Shown piece by piece: positions 26,586 through 34,818 of a stretch of 64,000 bases of DNA. Position 1 is the first letter of the stretch. Each line of letters begins with the position of its first letter. The stretch is from Cystobasidiomycetes sp. EMM_F5 (lineage: Eukaryota). The position numbers were made by a program, and so were the translations under genes. The notes under the pieces are model-generated. The model had not been told where the DNA came from, did not search any database, and saw nothing but the letters and a program-made list of their open reading frames with translations. The DNA lies in contig JBPGPT010000004.1 in NCBI GenBank assembly GCA_051047955.1, positions 620,001 through 684,000 on the forward strand. Reading direction: 5' to 3'.

Positions 26586-27362
26586 GGTTGGTCGGCTGGG
26601 CAGGTGGAGCGCCAGCTTCAACTTGGAGCGAGATGCACCGACTGATCTTGCGATAAGGTGGTTCAAAGTCACTACAGACCATAATACTGACTACAGTCAC
26701 TTTAAAGTAATCCATTGCATGACTCGGATCGACTGCCTCGTCCTGGGATGATCTGACGGATTCGTATTCTGACTCAGATTGACGACGTCTCCACAACGCT
26801 GCTTTCGCGACACTCCAATTGGATTGTCCCTGTTCGTCAATGAATCGCCTATTACTGCCGTTCCCACGTACTGACATACATACACACCCACCCCCCTGCC
26901 GGAGTGATTCCGCTCGTGCGAAGTCTGTGCAACACCCTCATACGCACATAGCGTTTCCCACATCTTTCGCAGCCCTTCTAGCTGTCAGTAGGATTCAAGT
27001 TGCAACTTCACATCTCCTTTCTCCGTATCGCCTTTACTCAATCACTCTCCCTACTTGCACTGGCCATTGATAGAAAAGTGCCAATCACAATCTGGGTGTC
27101 TGCGCTCACCTTTGCGTCAACCACCTCATCATCACTCTCTTCTATCGCAAACTCCAAATCAAAATCCGCTTCTACATCCTTCCCGCGTACCACGGTTCCG
27201 AACACCCATCCTACCATAGCCTGCGCACGCGGTTACAGAATCCGAAGGCACATTCCGCTGCCGCGGCGTATAACCCCCTGTGTGCGCCGACGCTTGCATC
27301 ACAAGCGTCAACCCACTCTCTCCTCGCAAGCCTCATTTAGACAAACCTGACTGCCAGTACTG

Positions 27363-28034
27363 ATGTCATCTTGCCTGGCTCCGAATTGCCAGAATGCCGC
27401 GACAAAGCACCATTCAGGTTGCCATTATCATACGTGTATCACCATAGGTTGCTCCGTTTTCCTCGAGACCACTGGCTACTGCGAGAAACATAAATGCTAT
27501 TGTGGAAGAGGCATGACCAACACCCGCAGTAGCAGATGGTGTGGCAGCGACTCTTGTCTGTGCCGAGGTATGCGAGGAGGAACAAAATGCCGCAACCTCA
27601 AATCGTATTCCTCTGGCGCCGATCAGTACTGCGGTACCGCCGTCTGTTCGGTCGATATCTGTAGAGAGCACCTCCTTCGAGACTCCGACATACTAAACTC
27701 CGACAGATATTGTCACAATCACACTTGCAGCACTCGGAACTGTCAACAGCCTACAGAGACACATGTCAATCATTGCAACACTCATCGATGTACTTATATG
27801 TGGAGGCCAGATTTCCACAAGCCGTGGGTCCGATGTGGCTATGAAAAACGCGCCGGCAGCAACTACTGCAGGTCGCATGTCACAAGGCCCAATGCCGTCA
27901 CCTCTGGCCAACACAAAAAGAAAAAGAAGTCTCCTACTCCACCCCCGGGCTCAGGATCCAATGGTGGCTCAAGTTCGACGATTTGGGAGCGACGAGATGA
28001 TACTTCAAGTCATCATCGACGTCACAAATACTAA
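27363..28034 (+). CDS. Cys/His-repeat (CCCH-type) putative zinc-binding protein, paralog 1 (223 aa)
   Basis: Intronless ORF with repeated C-x2-H-x-C junctions (GCHYHTC, YCEKHKC, YCHNHTC, HCNTHRC, YCRSH), KKKKK basic tail, no signal peptide. Confidence 0.8.
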   Translation: MSSCLAPNCQNAATKHHSGCHYHTCITIGCSVFLETTGYCEKHKCYCGRGMTNTRSSRWCGSDSCLCRGMRGGTKCRNLKSYSSGADQYCGTAVCSVDICREHLLRDSDILNSDRYCHNHTCSTRNCQQPTETHVNHCNTHRCTYMWRPDFHKPWVRCGYEKRAGSNYCRSHVTRPNAVTSGQHKKKKKSPTPPPGSGSNGGSSSTIWERRDDTSSHHRRHKY

Positions 28035-28824
28035 TAGACGTCACAAATATTAACAGGACGGTAGAGGGGTCTCTCTAAGCTTGGTATACGGCCTTCGAAT
28101 GAGCCCTATCTAACCAAACCCAACCCGAATACTCTTGTCGTAGCGAAGATCTCAACTTGCGCATCGAAAACTGCGATGCACTTCAACAATTCACATTCCT
28201 CCCCGCAAAATCGAAAATGAATCACTACTCTGTCTGACCTCCAGCACCACCTTTTATGCCGACGAGCAGAGACATGATCAACAATAAAGCAAGTGTCAGC
28301 AAATAGCTAACAAAAATTGAAACAAGAAAATACTGAAGAATGTAAAGTAAATGATACCAGGTTTTATCTTGCCGACTGCAATCAGCTAGAATCGAGACCA
28401 CAAAACTGACCGCCTCCTATGGCCGTTCCATCGCGACATTGCTGTCCATTGTCTGCAATCATGTTTGTATGCTTTGAGCTAAAGGACCGCATTCACACAA
28501 ACGAGCACACGGCTACTATTGATGTTCGACGCGTCGCTGGACATATCCTCAGATTATGATTTACTCTAACGATGGCTTCGAACAACTGCATTTACCCAGT
28601 CAAGCGCTAAAATTGGTGTCCAGATAAGGCCACTGACAACAGGATGTGTCACTTCATCTCATGCTGTGTATTCTGACCTACCCGTTCATCTCGTGCCCTT
28701 GTGTCGCCACATTTACACACTTGCACATTCGAATGGGTGACGCGTATGCTGTCGAACATTGCCGCAACTATCACTGCCTAGCCTTGCAGTGCAGTGCACT
28801 TCGGTCTTCAGCGGTCAGCGCGAC

Positions 28825-28831
28825 TATAAAA
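28825..28831 (+). promoter_or_regulatory. TATA box of Cys/His-repeat paralog 2
   Basis: TATAAAA followed by a CT-rich tract; the same context is conserved at 31448. Confidence 0.65.
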
Positions 28832-29000
28832 AAGCAATCCTCTCGTTCTGTCTCCTCTTTCTCCGTCACTAGCTGTCGATACCTCACTTTTCTGCTCTTC
28901 ACAAGGCATCTTCCTCCAATCCCTTAGATTCGCGTCAATCCTTGCTCTCGTCGGCCTCTACGAAACCGCGTCACTCCCCTACGAAGTCTTCCACGTCCAT

Positions 29001-30092
29001 ATGTCGAGACGGCACGGCCAGCAACGGAATTCACAGAAGAAATCGGGCGGCAGACAGTCACCACCGGGGTCTTCGAGTTATGTTGAAGCTGGGCAGTCGA
29101 GTAAGACACCTTGTCGATACCAAACGTATGGTGAGCCGTGTGGTAAAAGTGCACGATCGGATGAAATCTTCTGCGATCGCCATATCTGCGTTCATTGGCC
29201 AGCATGTCGACAATGGATTAAAACTCCTAGCCACAAAGCATGTGAAGCGCATCTTTGCATTTGCGGCAAACCCACTCAATCAGTTTATTTTGCGCATTGC
29301 GGCGACCGAAAATGCTTGTGCAAAGCCACACTGGATCAGCAGGGTGGGCCGCGGTGTGGACACGTCAAGAGTGCTCGCGAGTCAGCTTACTGCCGCCGGA
29401 GTGTTTGCCAAGCGAGTGGCTGCAACACTCATCCAAATCAGTACGAGACGGGCCCGCGATCGGCATTGACATCGAATCCATACTGCCACAAGCACACATG
29501 TCAGTGGGCAGGTTGTCTTGAGGGAAAGACTCAAAGTATGATCAACGGAAAAGTCAAAACCAACTACGTCTGCGAATCACACGAATGTCCAGTATCCTCA
29601 TGCGTCAAGGCAAAAGTTCAAGATCGCTCCTACTGCGCCGAACACTACTGTCCGGTGGAAGGTTGCGTTGAAAGGAAGACTGAAAGAATAGTCAAAGGAC
29701 AACGACAAAAGACCTTCTTTTGCAGCTCACACGAATGCCCGGTACGCGTGTGCGTCAATCAGAAAATCGGAAAGCAGTGCAACAACCACACTTGCGCTGC
29801 GACCGAAGATATAAGGCGCTGCCATGAAATAAAAAGCGTGGGGTCGTCGTTTTGTAACGTTCTCGGTCATCGCTGCGCTCACCGCGACAAAGTCAACGCG
29901 CAATGCCCCGAGGGTATTTACCGGGCTAGGAATGTGAATACAGCGCTGTGTGAGTTACATTACGCCAAACAACAAGCACTCTTCGCCGCCAGGATGAATC
30001 CACCACGAGCCCCGCGCAAGGACGACTCATTCGATCCGAGCTTTTCTTATGATCCGAAGATTCAGCCAGGTTATAAGAAAAAAAGGCAGTAA
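29001..30092 (+). CDS. Cys/His-repeat (CCCH-type) putative zinc-binding protein, paralog 2 (363 aa)
   Basis: Intronless ORF: FCDRHIC, ACEAHLC, YCHKHTC, VCESHEC, YCAEHYC, FCSSHEC, QCNNHTC, LCELH; basic termini (YKKKRQ). Confidence 0.85.
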   Translation: MSRRHGQQRNSQKKSGGRQSPPGSSSYVEAGQSSKTPCRYQTYGEPCGKSARSDEIFCDRHICVHWPACRQWIKTPSHKACEAHLCICGKPTQSVYFAHCGDRKCLCKATLDQQGGPRCGHVKSARESAYCRRSVCQASGCNTHPNQYETGPRSALTSNPYCHKHTCQWAGCLEGKTQSMINGKVKTNYVCESHECPVSSCVKAKVQDRSYCAEHYCPVEGCVERKTERIVKGQRQKTFFCSSHECPVRVCVNQKIGKQCNNHTCAATEDIRRCHEIKSVGSSFCNVLGHRCAHRDKVNAQCPEGIYRARNVNTALCELHYAKQQALFAARMNPPRAPRKDDSFDPSFSYDPKIQPGYKKKRQ

Positions 30093-30514
30093 TAATCTGT
30101 CTACTTCACCGCTTCTTCGAGGCGTTTGCAGGATGCTCCTTAAACCGGCCGGGGTCACGACAGTTTCTCGCACAAGCACAAAACATTGCGCATCTCATCA
30201 CTTTTTCGGGCAGCACTACGCAATTATACCTACTCTTCATGAATTCCTTAGACGCATACTCAATCTTCTTGTTGTAACACTATGCATACATGTATTTCTG
30301 TCTTGGTAAACTTGTATACACACTGAGAGGGATAGGCTATGCTTGTTCTTCAATGCACTACGGATGCCGAATCTTGCTCACACCACTTTAGACTGCACTG
30401 AACTGCTGTGGCGCTAATGGTGGCTTGCATGCCTTGCGAATGCTTGATTTTGTGTGGATCAATGCAGATTTCACATGTACCAGGGATTTACTGACGTTGC
30501 GCTGGGACTGATCG

Positions 30515-30975
30515 TTACAATACTCCGTCTCCGTACTTTTTCTGAACACGCTTCTCAAAGGCGCCCATAATCTTCCGCGAGACGTCTTGAAAAGTCTGAC
30601 CAGCCGCTATCCGGTACAAGGGATTTGCAAACTCGTAGGCGAGGTCGATGCTGACCATTGTGGGATTTTGCTGGTCTGACGGGACAGATTGGGCGTCGGC
30701 CAGAAGAGTAGAGGTGGAGAAGGGTCTCCCGGGAACTGCGAGAGGGTTCCCATCGCGAGGGGGAGTTGCTTTCGACATGTGAGGAGCATCTCGGGGCGTG
30801 GGCGTCAGCGTCCACGTCGACCTGAGGACCTTGAACAGACTTGACGGGTCTGCGTAGGCCTGGAGGGCGGGCGTGGGCACAGCACGAGTCAGTGTATGAT
30901 ATTTGTAGCAATGAAAGCCAAAGCCATTGCGCTCACCGATATCTCGCGATACTCATCACAAGTTACGTACGACTT
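30515..30975 (-). pseudogene. COQ10: 5'-truncated duplicate of COQ10 (last exon 30515-30859, intron, short stump of preceding exon)
   Basis: Last exon is near-identical to 32999-33343. The stump reads KSYVTCDEYREIS versus KSHVTCEKYREVS in the full gene. No upstream COQ10 exons found. Confidence 0.8.
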
Positions 30976-31447
30976 GCTTGCTGGAGGTTGTTTCCCAGTC
31001 AGTACAGGCAAATGCTGACTGCATGCCAACCCCAGCAGAACTGCAGCACATCTTGTTTTAAATGACCAGCGCTAGTATGCGTTGACTGAGATCCTTCATG
31101 AGGCTGTAGCTGCCTGAAACTCCACTCCGCATTCGGTCACCATGCTGCCCGACGTCCATGAACTTCTTCCGCAGAGGTGTTACATAGCCATACAGCTGCC
31201 ATCTATCCCGCAAGCTCACCGCCTGCAGTAAACACACAGATGCTCTCAGACAAATACAAAGTCACTCGACATGTCACCTTCCCTCGTGCTGTGCATTTTG
31301 AACAACAATGCCTTTCGCACCCTTGTGTCGCCACGAAGAAACACCCTTGTGCAATCAGGACTGACTGACGCTTATGCTGCCGGACAATGCCGCAACTATC
31401 ACTGCATAGCCTTGCAGTACATTTTGTTCTTGAGCGGTCAGCGCGAC

Positions 31448-31454
31448 TATAAAA
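31448..31454 (+). promoter_or_regulatory. TATA box of Cys/His-repeat paralog 3
   Basis: TATAAAA in the same GCGGTCAGCGCGAC-TATAAAA context as at 28825. Confidence 0.65.
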
Positions 31455-31625
31455 TAAAGCAATACTCTCGTTCTGTCTCCTCTTTCTCCGTCACTATCTG
31501 TCGATACCTCACCCCTCTGCTCTTCACAAGGCATCTTCTTCCAATCCCTTAGATTTGCGTCAATCCTTGCTCTCGTCGGCCTCCACGGAACCGCGTCACT
31601 CACCTCCGAATATTTTTACGTCCAT

Positions 31626-32570
31626 ATGTCGAACCGGCGAAGCCACTCACAAAGTCCACAGAGGACACCTGGCGGTCAGACACAATCTGGGTCTTCGAAA
31701 CATGTTGGAGCCAAACAACCGACTACGCTACGGTGCGAATACATGATACCCGGGGGACAATGTCCACAACAGTCTTTGGAGGAGGGAAGGTTCTGCAAAC
31801 TCCATTATTGCCTGCATTGGCCGGATTGCAAAAACGAGGTTTCAATTGCTGGTTTCTCAGCATGCCGCTGGCATACATGCATATGCCTTCGGTCTGCACT
31901 ACATGCGTCATCTAGGTATTGCGGTCGCGGAAAATGCAGGTGCCGAGCTCTACTCGATCAGGAAGGCCAGCCGCGATGTACAAGCGTCACCAAGACTTCC
32001 GCTTCAAACTTCTGCTATCGCAATGTCTGCAGCGCGACAGGCTGTGGTATCCATCCAGGGCAATACCGGACGAGCCAGCGATCGGAATTGCAATCAGATC
32101 CTTGCTGCAACCGGCACACATGTGAAGCGATAAATTGCCAGAGGGTCAAGACTGGGGAAATCATCAATGGAACACTGGATCCCAACACTTTCTGCGTGTT
32201 ACACGAATGCACATTTGCCTCCTGTGTCAAGCCAAAACTCTCACGTCAAAGCCTGTGCAATGAACACACTTGCACCGCGAACGACGAGAATACGGCCAGG
32301 CGCTGTCACAGAATCAATATCAGAGGCTCGTCGTATTGCAGTCGTCACCGCTGCACAGACGAAGACGACGAAGGAGTGCAATGCGTCCGTGAGAGGCACT
32401 TGGAGCAGGGTGTGCGGACACCGCTGTGTGTGTTCCATCTCGCTGAAAAACGAGCACTCGCAGCTGCCAGTCCACCGCGTCGAGACAAACAACCACAACT
32501 AACAATGCGACCCAAGCGTCCCGAATACGATCCCAGCCGTCATTCGGGACATGTCAAAAAATGGAAATAA
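31626..32570 (+). CDS. Cys/His-repeat (CCCH-type) putative zinc-binding protein, paralog 3 (314 aa)
   Basis: Intronless ORF: FCKLHYC, ACRWHTC, CCNRHTC, FCVLHEC, LCNEHTC, YCSRHRC, LCVFH; colinear with paralog 2. Confidence 0.85.
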   Translation: MSNRRSHSQSPQRTPGGQTQSGSSKHVGAKQPTTLRCEYMIPGGQCPQQSLEEGRFCKLHYCLHWPDCKNEVSIAGFSACRWHTCICLRSALHASSRYCGRGKCRCRALLDQEGQPRCTSVTKTSASNFCYRNVCSATGCGIHPGQYRTSQRSELQSDPCCNRHTCEAINCQRVKTGEIINGTLDPNTFCVLHECTFASCVKPKLSRQSLCNEHTCTANDENTARRCHRINIRGSSYCSRHRCTDEDDEGVQCVRERHLEQGVRTPLCVFHLAEKRALAAASPPRRDKQPQLTMRPKRPEYDPSRHSGHVKKWK

Positions 32571-32998
32571 CACATCTGTCTGCTCCACCGGTTCTTCAAG
32601 GCGTTGACAGGAGGCTCTTGAGTTTGGCTGGGACAACGACAAAATCTCACACAAGCACAAAACATTGCGCATCTGATCATACTTTCGAGCAGCACTACGC
32701 AATTATACCTACTTTCATGACAACCTTAGACGCAGACTCAATCTTCTTGTTGTAACACTATGCATACATGTACTGCTGCTTTGACAACCCTACACTTATG
32801 GGAAAATGATAGACTATGCTACTATCGCAATGCAATACGTATACGATCGCTGAATCTTGCTCACGGCACTTTAGACTGCACTGAACTGCTGTGGCGCTGA
32901 TGGTGGCTTGCGAGCCTTGCGAATGCTTGATTTTGTGTGGATCAATGCAGATTTCACATCTATCAGGGATTTTGCTGACGTTGTGCTAGGAGTGATTG

Positions 32999-33875
32999 TT
33001 ATAGTACTCCGTCTCCGTACTTTATCTGAACACGCTTCTCAAAGGCGCCCATAATCTTTCGCGAGACGTCTTGAAAAGTCTGACCAGCCGCTATCCGGTA
33101 CAAGGGATTTGCAAACTCGTAGGCGAGGTCGATGCTGACCATTGTGGGATTTTGCTGGTCTGACGGGACAGATTGGGCGTCGGCCAGTAGGGTAGAGGTG
33201 GAGAAGGGTCTCCCGGGAACTGCGAGAGGGTTCCCATCGCGAGGGGGAGATGCTTTCGACATGTGAGGAGCATCTCTGGGCGTGGGTGTCAGCGTCCACG
33301 TCGACCTAAGGACCTTGAACAGACTTGACGGGTCGGCGTAGGCCTGGAGGGCGGGCGCAGGCACAGCGCGAGTCAGTGTATGATACTGTCAGAAGTAAGC
33401 CAATGACATAGACCCACCGACACCTCGCGATACTTCTCACACGTGACGTGCGACTTCCACGATTCTTCGAAACCGAGTGCACCAATCTTGAGGACTGCAT
33501 CGAATGTATGGACGTCTCCCGGTGAACCCTCATCATCGAGCCATGGCTTGTCGGCTACGCTGCCTCGCCCGCTGTGCTTCCCAACCGTGCTCGACAGGAT
33601 GAAGGGCAGAAAGTTTGAGTAGTTTTCGACATCGGCGACCATGGCGTACAGCTGTCGTTGGGTGTAGCTGCGGGACGATGTCAGCGATATACTCGTGAAG
33701 CAACAATATCAACCACTCACGGCAATATCTTTCGCTCGTGGAACGTATGCAGCGATCCATCGACCTTGAAGCTCCCAGCGGACAGTCTGGACGATGGAGT
33801 GAAACACCGCGACAGTCTGGGTGTGCGCAGACAGCGACACGGGAGCATCGACGTGGACTGGACAGCCTGCAACAT
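32999..33875 (-). CDS. COQ10: Coenzyme Q-binding protein Coq10 (START/polyketide cyclase fold), 3 exons
   Basis: Arg/Ser-rich presequence MLQAVQSTSMLPCRCLRTPRLSRCF, ERKILP|YTQRQLYAMVADVENYSNFLPF, SLFKVLRSTW, YEFANPLY, IMGAFEKR. Confidence 0.9.
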
Positions 33876-34818
33876 CGTGGCAGCGGGAATCCTGACAAAG
33901 TGCGGCTGGATCAAGAGCAACGAGCAGGAAGATTATGCTGGTATTCCACTGAATGCTGATACACGGACAGCATGTACAAGTATAACGCTGTCCCCGCTGT
34001 CGCATTCTCTTTGACGCAAGTGACGGGGCTTCTTGTACGAAGGGCTGGCCTCGTCCTCATTTCTTCGAATCAAGTCCTGCGTCACGGTATATCGCTCCCA
34101 TTACTACCCCCTCTTCTGTACTTGCACAACCTGATTGCATGGATACTCCAATACTTCTCCACAACGCATTCTTTCACAACAAGGATCGCCACTGATCTCC
34201 GCTTGCTGACTTCCTAATTCCCTCCATCGCCTTTGTCTTCACGCTGTGTGTCCCTGAGCAGACGCAAATGGTTCATCAGCCTTAGTCAAGCAGACATGCC
34301 ATATCTTGGAGGTGCCCAACGCGGACAGCAGGGCAGTATCGAGAATTGCTGTCATTGTCCCAAACACACCTCTCGAACACTGGATGCCTTCAATGCCGGC
34401 GCCCACTGAGGTATCGTGTCGGGTACAAGTGTTCTGCACAGGAGACATAGGAGGAGCCCATCAAATGGGACATCCCATCCCGCATGGCGCGTTATTACTT
34501 GGAAACCCCGATGTCACAATTTTCCCGGGTCCGGATCAGTATACTGTCCCCGAAGGTATCGCTGTTCGTTCAACCTAAGCTCCGGAGCCGCTCGATGTAC
34601 TGCGTCGAGTCTGTGAGCAGTAGGTCCCCACTATTTTCCCACCAACCTTTATCTGGAAGTGTTTTCGCATGACTTGGAACAATTGAACCCTCCCACATCG
34701 GCAAGTGTCAACCTATACTTCTCGAGCAAAGCGTGCATTATAGGACAATGATTAGCTGTCGCTTATTCGCGAGTAATACATCGAAACCGCTTGTTGTCTG
34801 CAACCAATTCATGGACCA

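Larger units (their letters stand above)
28575..30975. repeat. Tandem duplication unit A (promoter + Cys/His-repeat gene + 3' part of COQ10)
   Basis: Aligns by eye to 31190-33455: shared promoter, TATA, 5' leader, 3' flank and COQ10 last exon. Confidence 0.9.
31190..33455. repeat. Tandem duplication unit B
   Basis: Homologous to 28575-30975. Confidence 0.9.

Noticed and set aside
28018..28050. Direct repeat GACGTCACAAATA spanning the paralog 1 stop codon
   Set aside because: A 13-bp local duplication with only a few bases between copies; no inserted element, so not a target-site duplication.
28646..31603. Duplicated 93-aa ORFs (28646-28927, 31271-31552) and other overlapping or antisense ORFs in the track
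   Set aside because: They overlap the TATA and 5' leader of the Cys/His-repeat genes or shadow real CDSs; their similarity is explained by the DNA duplication.
34306..34578. 90-aa ORF between COQ10 and SWA2
   Set aside because: TTG start, an upstream in-frame stop and no recognisable motif; cannot be distinguished from a spurious ORF.
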